From a virus (taxonomy: Duplodnaviria; Caudoviricetes), in IMG/VR virus record IMGVR_UViG_3300045978_000522, positions 1 through 53,816 of that record: a DNA stretch of 53,816 nucleotides; one strand, given 5' to 3'. This document shows positions 18,317 through 27,173 of this stretch, piece by piece (position 1 is the first letter of the stretch; each line of letters starts with the position of its first letter). The position numbers were made by a program, and so were the translations under genes. Under the pieces are notes generated by a model that was not told where the DNA came from, ran no database searches, and saw nothing but the letters and a program-made list of their open reading frames with translations.

Positions 18317-18547
18317 ATGGCCCATCCACGCCCCAAGCGCCCCCGCGTGTACTCCACCGAGTTTCCCGTCAGCCGGCACGACGAGCGCCTGCGCGTGGAG
18401 ATCGACCGTGTGCCGCGACCGATCTACAGGACCGTCCGGCAATTGGCTCGCCGGCAGCGCCTCAGCATGCGTACACTCACGCTGCGCCTATGGCAGCAGT
18501 GGGCCGACGAGCAGCAGAGGCAACCCCACCCCGATCAGGTGGCCTGA
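18317..18547 (+). CDS. Ribbon-helix-helix (Arc-like) regulator
   Basis: LRVEIDRVPRPIYRTVRQLARRQRLSMRTLTLRLWQQW; divergent from 18118. Confidence 0.6.
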   Translation: MAHPRPKRPRVYSTEFPVSRHDERLRVEIDRVPRPIYRTVRQLARRQRLSMRTLTLRLWQQWADEQQRQPHPDQVA

Positions 18548-18870
18548 CACAGTGGTGGCGTCGCTGGCGCGCCGCGCGCGAGTCCGCGCCGCCACTCTAC
18601 CTGTGGCGCGCGCTGCTCAAGGGCGAGCGCTTCACCTCGGCCCGCCTGCCCCGGCTCTCCGACACTTGGGTAAGTGCCCGCTGGCGGCGCGGCGACGAGT
18701 AGGCCCCCGCGCGTCAAAAAGGTGTAACAGCTTGGCGACTTCCGGCGTAGGATCCGGCGTCGAGTCCCGGTACTACCTGAACCCAGTACGCGCTGCGAGG
18801 TCGCGGGCGCCGCCGCGTCACTATCGGCCTCTCACGCTCTGTGCTCGTCTGCAGAGAAAGGGGCCACGAT

Positions 18871-19200
18871 ATGCGACGGCCTCCCATAGGGTGGATGTCC
18901 CTGCCCGTCTGCGCACGTTACCTGTCAAAGACCGAGTACGCCGTGCGCGGTTTGGTTCGCCGCCACCAGATTCCGTTCTACAAGACACACGGCCGGCTGT
19001 TGTTCGATGCCGGCGAGATCGACGCATGGGTGCGGCAGCAGGACTGGCTGCCGCTCACGACCAACGACGAACAGGAGGGTCACGATGAAGGGAAAAAAGC
19101 TGCGCCTGACCAGGCGCGGGAGCTGGTTCTACGCCACCGGGCGTATCTCCGGTCAGCCGCGGAGTTTCACGACGGGCGTCCGCGACGACGGAACGCCTGA
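18871..19200 (+). CDS. xis: Excisionase-like HTH protein
   Basis: WMSLPVCARYLSKTEYAVRGLVRRHQIPFYKTHGRLLFDAGEIDAW; upstream of integrase. Confidence 0.8.
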   Translation: MRRPPIGWMSLPVCARYLSKTEYAVRGLVRRHQIPFYKTHGRLLFDAGEIDAWVRQQDWLPLTTNDEQEGHDEGKKAAPDQARELVLRHRAYLRSAAEFHDGRPRRRNA

Positions 19201-20221
19201 AGCCACGCAGGCGGCGCAACAACGGGTCGACGAGATCAGTGCCGAGCACGGGCTCGTGCGTGCCGCCGCGCTGCCCACCTTCGCCGCGTTCTGGGCGCTC
19301 TACCAGACGCTGCCCGCGGCGCGGTACCACAAGGGCAAGCCGAAATCGCCCAAGACGCTGCTGCGCGAGCAGTCGCTCATTCGCCCGGCGCTCGTCTTCT
19401 GGGGCAACAAGCCGCTCAACACGCTGAACGGCGAGGCGTACGAAGCACATCGCCAAGAGCGGGGCATGACCGCGCGCCACCGTCAGCGCGTGCCAACGCC
19501 GGTCACCCGGTCCACCGTCGCGCGCGAAGTGTCGCTCCTCATCAAGGTACTCGGCGTGGCGTGCGAACAGTACGGCCTCAAGCGCGTCAAGTTCGCGCTG
19601 CGCGCCTACCTGTCTCCGGTGCGGGAGCGTGTGGTCACGGTGGCCGAACAGACCGAACTCCTGCGACGGCTGCCGCGGCGCTATCACGGGCTCGTGCTGT
19701 TCCTGCTCCTCACGGGCGCACGCATCAGCGAGGCGCTGGGGCTGCGGCCGGAGCATATCGACTGGGACCGGCGGATGGTCCGCCTCACCGGCAAGGGCAA
19801 CAAGACACGCAAGGTCGGCATGAACGACGAACTCGCCGCAGTGCTGCGCGGGCAGCTGGCCATCTCGCCCACGCTCTGGCGAAGCTGGCCGGAGGCACGT
19901 CTGATCGGTGCGCTCCGCCGTGCCTGCAGGGCGCGCCCGGCGTGCGACGGCGATCCGGGCCGGCCGGCGATGCCCGCGGTGACGCCGCACGCGTTCCGCC
20001 ACACCTTTGGCTGGCGGTACCTCACCGGCTCGGGCGACCACAGCAAGCGCGGCGACATCTACTCGCTCAGTAGGCTTCTTGGACACAGCGGTGTACAAAT
20101 CACGCAGCGTCACTACGCGCATCTGTTCGACGAGGACCTGCGCGATCTGATGCTCGGGGTCAATCTCGGGGTGTCCGCCGAAACCGTGCAACAGGCGATC
20201 GGCGATCCGGCGAGCAGGTAA
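19085..20221 (+). CDS. int: Tyrosine recombinase/integrase
   Basis: TGARISE, GKGNK, HAFRH, LLGH, TQRHY catalytic set. Confidence 0.93.
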   Translation: MKGKKLRLTRRGSWFYATGRISGQPRSFTTGVRDDGTPEATQAAQQRVDEISAEHGLVRAAALPTFAAFWALYQTLPAARYHKGKPKSPKTLLREQSLIRPALVFWGNKPLNTLNGEAYEAHRQERGMTARHRQRVPTPVTRSTVAREVSLLIKVLGVACEQYGLKRVKFALRAYLSPVRERVVTVAEQTELLRRLPRRYHGLVLFLLLTGARISEALGLRPEHIDWDRRMVRLTGKGNKTRKVGMNDELAAVLRGQLAISPTLWRSWPEARLIGALRRACRARPACDGDPGRPAMPAVTPHAFRHTFGWRYLTGSGDHSKRGDIYSLSRLLGHSGVQITQRHYAHLFDEDLRDLMLGVNLGVSAETVQQAIGDPASR

Positions 20222-20246
20222 GCGCAGGTACACTGCGTTGTGCTAC

Positions 20247-20538
20247 GCGATCACAAACCGATCGCACTCGCTGACCACTCCTGGTCATTCCTGACAACCC
20301 CTGACAACATCGGGGGGACGCCCTGAGCGAGTTTCCTTAGGGAAATCGCGAAATTCTGGCCTGTTTTCCCCACCACGCTCACTCCGATCATCGCAGTTCA
20401 ACCGCGATGGTCGGATCCTCTAAGGCCTTGACTGCACAGGAGTAAGCGGCAGGCCCCTGACGCGCGACACCCAAAAACGATCGCACTTCGATCACACTGC
20501 CCGGTCCGCCCCTCGATCTGTGATCGGTTTGTGATCGC
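20247..20538. other. Putative attP site
   Basis: 17-bp perfect inverted repeat (20247-20263/20522-20538) around a central 12-bp inverted repeat with 9-nt spacer (20383-20415), directly downstream of int. Confidence 0.65.
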
Positions 20539-20694
20539 ACTTATGGGCAGGCGCCCCCCGACTCTCCTCGCCTCCACGCACGTCCACGCCGGCCCACCGG
20601 ACAGGAGCGACAAAGCGCCGGTATGTGTTCTGCACTCCGGCCGCGCGTTTCGCTTCAAGGTCCATTGCTCCCAAGCGCGGAAGGAGGCCCCGCG

Positions 20695-21549
20695 ATGTCC
20701 GAGACCGATCCTGCTGTCAGTCTGCTCACCGCCGATACGACGCTCTTCCTCGACGGCGCCGAGGTCACCGTCGCGTCGATGCGTACGGGGATGTGGGATT
20801 ACAAAGGCCAGCGCGCCGCCGTGCCGGCCATCCTGGTGCAGTACACGAGTCCCAGCTTCGGTGACCGGCAACCCGAGGTGCAGGCCTACACCGTCGGCAG
20901 CGCCAACGACCGCTATCCGAGTGACGACGGGCGCCGCTTCCACAGCGCCACCAAACAGGGCCTGCCGACCGGCTGCAACGGCCTGCGCCTGCTGGAGTCG
21001 TTCGTCAGCGAGGGGTTCCCGAAGGACCGGGTGGCCCAGGACGTCAGCGTGTTCGCCGGCTGCAAGATCGTCCTGCATGCCCAGGCGCGGCCCAAGACAG
21101 CTGATGACCAGTCGCCTGGGGAGCGCACGGTGCTGCTCGTGCGCAAGCTCCTGGCGCTGCCAGAAGCCAACATGGAAGGCCCGCAGCCGGCTGCTACCGC
21201 GCCGGCCGCCACGCCCGCCACCAAGGCCGCCAAGGCCGCCAGCAAGACCACCAGAGGCGGCAACGGCGAGTCCGCTGGCTCTCCTATCCCGGCTGACCTG
21301 CTCGCCAACGAGGACGCCCGGCTCGCTGCCATTGGCGCCATCCTGGAGCTGCTCGGCGACGAGCACATCGCCAAGCCGATCAAACGCGCCCAGCTCGCAG
21401 CGCTCTCGTTCAAGCTGCTGGCGCAATCGCCCCTGCGGAATGCAGCCACCAAGCTGCTGGGCCAGCACAGCGCCGACTTCCTGCCGCTGCTGGCCGCCGA
21501 CCAGGTCATTACCTACGACGCCCAGACGCAGACGATCGGGGCTGCGTAA
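20695..21549 (+). CDS. Hypothetical protein, possibly ssDNA-binding
   Basis: AAGGAGG SD; first gene of the recombination module. Confidence 0.55.
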   Translation: MSETDPAVSLLTADTTLFLDGAEVTVASMRTGMWDYKGQRAAVPAILVQYTSPSFGDRQPEVQAYTVGSANDRYPSDDGRRFHSATKQGLPTGCNGLRLLESFVSEGFPKDRVAQDVSVFAGCKIVLHAQARPKTADDQSPGERTVLLVRKLLALPEANMEGPQPAATAPAATPATKAAKAASKTTRGGNGESAGSPIPADLLANEDARLAAIGAILELLGDEHIAKPIKRAQLAALSFKLLAQSPLRNAATKLLGQHSADFLPLLAADQVITYDAQTQTIGAA

Positions 21550-21661
21550 TGGGTCCAGGTTCTGTCCCTGCAGTCACGCCGGGGGCCTCCGACCCTCGCT
21601 TCCCGGTGCCGGGAGACAGACCGGTGGGGGACCGGCCGGAGAAAGCGGTCCCATAACCGCC

Positions 21662-22261
21662 ATGCATCTGACCCCTGCTGACCTGACGCTCGGCGATCTG
21701 CAGGCGCGCGCGGCGTACGCGGCCTCGCACCTGCGCAGCGAGGGCGTGCACCTCTCCACGGTGCTCAAGGACCTGCTGGCCGACAAGGACCCGAAGCGCT
21801 TCGATCGCAGTAAGCCAATAGACATGATCCGGGTTGAGGCGGGCTTTGCCTTCGAGGCGGCGCTGGAGCAGGCGCTCGCGGCGCGGCACCCGGGCCTGAT
21901 GCGCCCGGGCGAGGTCGTCTGCGAAGGGCTCATCGGCAGCCCGGACGGGCTCGACCTGGAGGCCGACCCGCCGTATCTCGCCGAGTACAAGTGCACCTGG
22001 ATGTCCTCGGCCCACGGCATCGAGGACGCCCGCTTCTGGCACTGGTGGGTCCAGGTGCGCTGCTACCTGTACATGCTGCACGAGGCGTGCGGGCTCGACG
22101 TCCTGGACGCCCTGCTCATTGCGCTGTTCGTCAACGGCGACTACCGCGGCTCCGGGCCGCAGCTGCTCGCCTGGCGCGCCACCTTCGATCGCCGGGAACT
22201 CATTGAGGCGTTCGCGATGGTCGTCAACCACGGACGCCGGAAAGGATTGCTTGCCGCATGA
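21662..22261 (+). CDS. PD-(D/E)XK (Cas4/RecB-like) exonuclease
   Basis: LIGSPDGLD...LAEYKCTW...QVRCY. Confidence 0.8.
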   Translation: MHLTPADLTLGDLQARAAYAASHLRSEGVHLSTVLKDLLADKDPKRFDRSKPIDMIRVEAGFAFEAALEQALAARHPGLMRPGEVVCEGLIGSPDGLDLEADPPYLAEYKCTWMSSAHGIEDARFWHWWVQVRCYLYMLHEACGLDVLDALLIALFVNGDYRGSGPQLLAWRATFDRRELIEAFAMVVNHGRRKGLLAA

Positions 22262-23079
22262 CCACGATCGCTGCTCCCACTCCGCTGACGCTCGACGAGC
22301 TACTCAAGCTGCCCACCCGCGAAGTGGTGCTGCTGGCCGGCCGGGACGGCAGCGGCAAGACGTCCGCTGTCGTCTCCGTGGCCGCCTGGGTCGCACTGAT
22401 CACGCCGAGCGCGCGCATGTTCGTGATCGACACCGAGAACAAGTTTGCGCCGGTCGTCCAGAGCTTCGGCCCCGACGCTCCGCGCAACCTGCACTACTAC
22501 CGCGCCGAGACGATGAACGCGGCGACCGAAGCGCTCGATACGATCCTGACGCAGGCGCGCCCGGGCGACTGGCTCGCGGTGGAGTCGATGGGCCGGCTCT
22601 GGGACCGCGCCCAGGACATGGCCTACATGACCATCTCCGGACTCGACAAGGCAGCCTACCTGGAACGGCGCCGCGACGCAGTCGGCAAGAAGCCGCCCGT
22701 CACGCCGCGGCCCGACGACTTCTGGAGCGTGTGCAAGGGCGCCCACGATGGTGCCTTTGTCGAGCGCCTGGCCCAGCACGCCACGCTCAACGTGCTGCTG
22801 ACGACGACCATCGCCAAGCCGCCACGCGAGAACACCACCTACAAGGAGTCCGAGGTGCGGCGCGACGTGCGCGTCGAGTTTGGCATCGACGCCGGCCTGG
22901 AAGGGGCACCGCGCCTGCCCTACTACGTCCAGACGCTGTGTCTGCTGGAGCGCCGCGGCGGCGTGGTGTGCCGCGTGGTGCGCGACAACCTGTCGACGCT
23001 GGAGAACCCGGTCACCGAATTTGCTGTCGAGTCACGCAAGCTCTGGGCGCAGGCGTTCTGGAGCGCCTGCCGGGTGTAG
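22258..23079 (+). CDS. AAA/RecA-fold ATPase (Sak4-like)
   Basis: Walker A GRDGSGKT; VIDTE; AVES. Confidence 0.75.
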   Translation: MTTIAAPTPLTLDELLKLPTREVVLLAGRDGSGKTSAVVSVAAWVALITPSARMFVIDTENKFAPVVQSFGPDAPRNLHYYRAETMNAATEALDTILTQARPGDWLAVESMGRLWDRAQDMAYMTISGLDKAAYLERRRDAVGKKPPVTPRPDDFWSVCKGAHDGAFVERLAQHATLNVLLTTTIAKPPRENTTYKESEVRRDVRVEFGIDAGLEGAPRLPYYVQTLCLLERRGGVVCRVVRDNLSTLENPVTEFAVESRKLWAQAFWSACRV

Positions 23080-23081
23080 CC

Positions 23082-23357
23082 ATGCCGCTCCTCGAATATC
23101 ACGCCGAGCCGCGCACCAATCTCCGCATCGGGTACCCGTACGCGCCCGATCTGTTTCGCATGAAAGGCGAGACGTTCGCGATTCTACGCGTCGATCCGGA
23201 TCAGAACTTTCCGCGCCCGTACTGGCTGACACGGGAGCAAGTGGTAGCGCTGCGCGACATGCTGGCGCAGGCGCTCACCGAATGGCCCATTCCGGACGAG
23301 CCGGTGGTCGAAGCGTCGCTGCTGTCGCCCGGCGATGGCCATGCTCTGGCTCGATGA
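23082..23357 (+). CDS. Hypothetical protein
   Basis: Operon spacing; protein-like composition. Confidence 0.55.
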   Translation: MPLLEYHAEPRTNLRIGYPYAPDLFRMKGETFAILRVDPDQNFPRPYWLTREQVVALRDMLAQALTEWPIPDEPVVEASLLSPGDGHALAR

Positions 23358-24060
23358 CCGTATCGGCGCCAAGGACCTGCAGGCACCACTTCAACGCCTG
23401 GGCGTCGAGGTGGAGTCAGTGCGACTCGACTTCGCCGACTGCGCCTGGCTCGGGCACGGGCCGGAGGGGCCCGAGAGCGTCCAGGTCGGCTGCGAGCTGA
23501 AGACGGTCTCGGACCTGCTCGACATCGACCGCTTCGCCGGACACCAGATCCCGGGGCTCCTGCGGCAGTACGACCGGGTCTGGGTGATTGTCGAAGGGCT
23601 GTGGCGCCCGGGTGAGGACGGCGTGCTGGAGGTCTGGAGCCACGGCTGGGCCCCGCTCCGGCACGGGCGGCGCGGGTATACCTACCGCGAGGTCGATCAT
23701 CTGCTGGCGACTCTGGAGCTGCGCGCCGGGCTCTCCCTGCGGCGCAGCTCGACGCGGAGCGAGACGGCGCACATCCTGGCCGGCCTCTACACCTGGTGGC
23801 GCGACAAGCGGTGGAAGGAGCACCGCGCCCACTTGCGTCTGGCGCGGGCGGCCGACGTGGCGCTGCTGACGCCGCCCCCGCTCAGGCGCCGGGTGGCGCA
23901 TGAACTGCCCGGAGTTGGCTATGAGCGTAGCGCCGCAGTGGCCGCGCATTTCCCTTCGACCCTCGCGTTGGCCACGGCGGACCGAGCTGCCTGGGAACAG
24001 ATTGACGGCATCGGACCGCGCCTCGCTCAACGCATCACAGAGACGCTGGCCCGGGAATGA
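23335..24060 (+). CDS. ERCC4/XPF-family nuclease with C-terminal HhH
   Basis: LDFADC...CELKTVSDLL...VIVEG; LPGVG and IDGIGPRLA. Confidence 0.8.
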   Translation: MAMLWLDDRIGAKDLQAPLQRLGVEVESVRLDFADCAWLGHGPEGPESVQVGCELKTVSDLLDIDRFAGHQIPGLLRQYDRVWVIVEGLWRPGEDGVLEVWSHGWAPLRHGRRGYTYREVDHLLATLELRAGLSLRRSSTRSETAHILAGLYTWWRDKRWKEHRAHLRLARAADVALLTPPPLRRRVAHELPGVGYERSAAVAAHFPSTLALATADRAAWEQIDGIGPRLAQRITETLARE

Positions 24061-24076
24061 CGAGACCGAGATCCTC

Positions 24077-24571
24077 GTGGGCTGTCAGCGCCTGGCGCGA
24101 GCGGTACTGCTCCGGGCTCTGCGCGACATCGTCAACGAGCCCAACGCCTGCAATAGCCGCCGCGACGGGAAGCCCGCCGCCGTTGCCGCCGCCATCAGCG
24201 CGCAGGCGTTTTTCTTCGACCAGACGCCGGAGGCGCGGCACTGGCGGCAGTACTGGGTGGCGGCTGCCGGTCTGCCACCCGAGGCCCTGGAGCATGCGTA
24301 CTGGTGGCTCCACGACCACCACGCGCATGTGGGACTGCAGTGGGAGCCTGTCATGATTGCTGAACCCGATCGCCCCAGCCCGTGTCAGTTCGTGCTCCAG
24401 GCCTTCGACATAGGCGTGCAGCGCTGCATCGCGCTCGCCAGGCCCGGCACCCTCTACTGCGCGGTGCACCAGCCCTATCCGGCAGAGGCAAAGCGGCGCG
24501 ACGAGCGCTTGCGTGCCCTTCTGGACCAGGCGGTGCCCCGGCCGGTGACGCGGCGGCCAGACGAGGCGTGA
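24077..24571 (+). CDS. Hypothetical protein (start uncertain)
   Basis: LARAVLLRALRD; C...C...YCAVH. Confidence 0.5.
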   Translation: MGCQRLARAVLLRALRDIVNEPNACNSRRDGKPAAVAAAISAQAFFFDQTPEARHWRQYWVAAAGLPPEALEHAYWWLHDHHAHVGLQWEPVMIAEPDRPSPCQFVLQAFDIGVQRCIALARPGTLYCAVHQPYPAEAKRRDERLRALLDQAVPRPVTRRPDEA

Positions 24572-24572
24572 G

Positions 24573-25862
24573 ATGGCTACCGCGGTGCACGGCTCAGGGT
24601 CGCAGCAGGCGCGCGTGTTCTTCCTCGGGGAAGCGCCCGGCGAGGTCGAGGAGAAAACCGGCATTCCCTTCACCGGCAAGGCCGGGGCGGAGTTCGACTA
24701 CTGGCTGCAGCGCACGTGTCATCTGGCGCGCAAGGACGTCTTTGTCACCAACCTGTATCGGTACCGGCCGCCAGCCAACCGCGACCCGACGCCGCTGGAA
24801 ATCGCCGGCTGCGAGCCCGACTTGTGGCGGGAGCTGCTGACGGTCGGGCCGCGCATCCTGGCGACGCTCGGGCGCCTATCGACCCGGTGGGCGCTCGGCG
24901 ACTGGGCCTCGATGGAGGCGACGCACGGGCTGCCGCACCTGGCTGCCCTGACTTCGCCCTGGGGCGAGTGGAGCGGCACGGTGGTGCCGATCACGCATCC
25001 GGCGGCCGGGCTGCATCAGCCAACCTATTACGCCTGGACGGTGGCCGACTTCGAGGCGCTCGCCGAGGTGCTCGCCGGCACCCGGGCGGTGCACCGGCTG
25101 GACACCGAGCCAACCGACTATGGCTGGCACACGCCGGCTGACCTGGGGCGCATCCGGCGGACGAGCCTGCTGGGCCTGGATACCGAGGGGAGCCCGCGCC
25201 AGCCCTGGGGCCTCAGCTACAGCGTGGCGCCCCGGCACGGACGGGTCATCCGGGCCGGCGACCGGGAAGCGCTCACCGCCTTCGACCGGGCGCTCGTCGA
25301 GCAACAGCCCCAGCTCGTGCTGCACTACGCCCCGCACGACTTCCGGGTGCTCTCCGGAATGGGCCTCAACGTGGACGCCTGGCCCGGCCAGGTCTACGAC
25401 ACGATGCAGCTGGCCTACCTGGCAGCCCAGCCGCAGGGGCTCAAGACGCTCGCCTACCGCCTCTGTGGGCTCCGCCTGCGGGAGTACGAGGATCTGGTCG
25501 GGGAGGCTGCCGATCGCCTCGCCAGGGGCTTCCTGGAGGCCGCAGCGACCCTTTTGGCGCCTAGGGAGGGGGAGAAGCCGACGCCCATCCTGCGGGCGGT
25601 GCGGCGGAGCCTGAAGAGCGCCAGTCCCCGGGCGCTCTGGGGCCGGCAGCGGGAGGACATCCGGGAGGTGGTCGCCGGGGTCTGCGGCGCCATGCCCGAG
25701 GCCAGCCTCGACGAGGTGCCGGTCGAGGAGGCGCTTGCCTACGCCTGCGCCGATGCCGACGCGACGCGGCGGGTGTTCCTGGTGCTGCGGGATCAGTTCG
25801 ACTACGACCAGGCGATTGCGCGGGACGGCTATGCGCCCACCGGGATCCCCCATGGCGCGTGA
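24573..25862 (+). CDS. Family-4-like uracil-DNA glycosylase fused to PolA-type 3'-5' exonuclease (N-terminal half of split DNA polymerase)
   Basis: GEAPG, PFTGKAG, TN...RPP, THPAA; LGLDTEG, HYAPHD, YDTM, YACADAD. Confidence 0.85.
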   Translation: MATAVHGSGSQQARVFFLGEAPGEVEEKTGIPFTGKAGAEFDYWLQRTCHLARKDVFVTNLYRYRPPANRDPTPLEIAGCEPDLWRELLTVGPRILATLGRLSTRWALGDWASMEATHGLPHLAALTSPWGEWSGTVVPITHPAAGLHQPTYYAWTVADFEALAEVLAGTRAVHRLDTEPTDYGWHTPADLGRIRRTSLLGLDTEGSPRQPWGLSYSVAPRHGRVIRAGDREALTAFDRALVEQQPQLVLHYAPHDFRVLSGMGLNVDAWPGQVYDTMQLAYLAAQPQGLKTLAYRLCGLRLREYEDLVGEAADRLARGFLEAAATLLAPREGEKPTPILRAVRRSLKSASPRALWGRQREDIREVVAGVCGAMPEASLDEVPVEEALAYACADADATRRVFLVLRDQFDYDQAIARDGYAPTGIPHGA

Positions 25863-25899
25863 CCCGGATGGCCGAGGCGCGCATCGCCAAGGAGAAGCC

Positions 25900-26521
25900 A
25901 TGACGCGCGGGGCGGCGCAGCCTGGCCGCAGCGGGAGCCGCGTCACACAGGCGCTCCGGCCTCTCACCGGCGGCGATACCGATCCAGCTGTGCGCGTCAC
26001 CCCCAGCTCCTATCGCGAGGTCTGCCGCTACGTCACCTTGCACCACCGCCATCACAAACCGCCGCGTGGCGGCAAGGTGTTCATTGCCCTGCGCAGCGGA
26101 GACGGCGAGTTGCTCGGCGTTGCAGTCCTCGGGCGACCCAGTGCCCGCGCCTTCGACCCGGCGAGAGTCGCCGAGATCACGCGCACCTGTACCGACGGGG
26201 CGCACAACGCCAACAGCCGCCTTTACGGCGCGTGCCGGCAAATCGCCCGGGCCATGGGCTACGAGCGCGTCGTCACCTATTACGGAGGAGAGCGAGAGCG
26301 GGGCGAGCCTCCGCGCGGCGGGTTTCGTCAGGGTGGCGGTCCTCGAGCCGCGGAAGAACTGGGCCGACAGCAGCCGAGCACTCAGACACCTGCGCGATCC
26401 CGAGGGACGCGGTGGCGTACGCCGCTACCGGTGGGAAGTGGTCTTTGTGGGCAACGGCGGGCCAAGCTATGACCACCGTGCTACGTCCGGCGCTCGTGCA
26501 ACAGGCGCTCCGGCTCTATGA
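25900..26521 (+). pseudogene. XF1762-family (Mom-like GNAT) gene with a frameshift at about 26280
   Basis: HHRHHKPP...GRPSAR...EITRTC...SRLYGAC...VVTY in one frame; ESESGASLRAAGF continues in another. Confidence 0.65.
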
Positions 26522-26675
26522 GGCGCTGCTCGACAAGACATGTGCGGACCCGGTCCGGGCGCACATCGCCCAACTGGCAGCGGTTATCGACGCCATGAGC
26601 CCGCGCGAGCAGGCCACCTACTACGCCGGGGCGCAGCGGGTACGCCTCGCCCGGCGCGGGCAGCAGGAGGCGTGA
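26469..26675 (+). CDS. Hypothetical protein
   Basis: Stop overlaps the next start (TGATG). Confidence 0.55.
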   Translation: MTTVLRPALVQQALRLYEALLDKTCADPVRAHIAQLAAVIDAMSPREQATYYAGAQRVRLARRGQQEA

Positions 26676-27034
26676 TGCGGGCCGACCTGTTCGTGTACCT
26701 GAGCGGGCCGCTGACGGCGACGCTCGGCTACACCGTCGAGGACAACATCGCCTCGGCCCTGCGCACCTACTGGGCCCTGCTGCTGCGCGGCGTGCCGGCC
26801 TTCTGCCCACATCTGGCGGGCGCCTTCCCGACTGCCTGGACGTTGATGCCACGAGAGCAATGGCTCGCCTACGACTACCGCGTGATCGAACGCGCGACGC
26901 ATGTGCTGATGCTCCCGCGGTGGGAGACGAGCGCCGGTGCCGTGGACGAGAAGACCTACGCTGAGGCGCGCGGGCTCCCGGTCGTCTACAGCATCGGCGA
27001 GTTGCTCGGCGACGAGGCGCCGGAGCCGGCATGA
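26675..27034 (+). CDS. DUF4406/DUF1937 nucleoside 2-deoxyribosyltransferase-like protein
   Basis: VYLSGPLT...LMLPRWETSAGAVDE...RGLPV. Confidence 0.8.
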   Translation: MRADLFVYLSGPLTATLGYTVEDNIASALRTYWALLLRGVPAFCPHLAGAFPTAWTLMPREQWLAYDYRVIERATHVLMLPRWETSAGAVDEKTYAEARGLPVVYSIGELLGDEAPEPA

Positions 27035-27077
27035 CGCTCCTGGCGCGGGCGCAGCGTGCCAAGAAAGGCTCACCGCC

Positions 27078-27173
27078 ATGCCAGAACTGAGTCTGCCCCA
27101 GGCCATCGTCATCGTAGGGGTCATTTTCGCTGCGCTGATCTACGTCATCGCGCGGGCGTGGTTTGAACGGTGA
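27078..27173 (+). CDS. Small membrane peptide
   Basis: 31 aa, one TM helix; stop overlaps the polymerase GTG. Confidence 0.5.
   Translation: MPELSLPQAIVIVGVIFAALIYVIARAWFER

Noticed and set aside
20332-20346. TTTCCTTAGGGAAAT in attP as a copy of the 47.3-kb repeat core
   Set aside because: The resemblance is partial and too short to support.
21550-21661. tRNA or structured RNA in the intergenic gap
   Set aside because: GC-rich stems are present, but there is no cloverleaf, T-loop or CCA end. No tRNA was recognised anywhere in the window.
21662-22261. Cas4 as part of a CRISPR system
   Set aside because: It sits in a standard phage recombination module with no cas1/cas2 or array.
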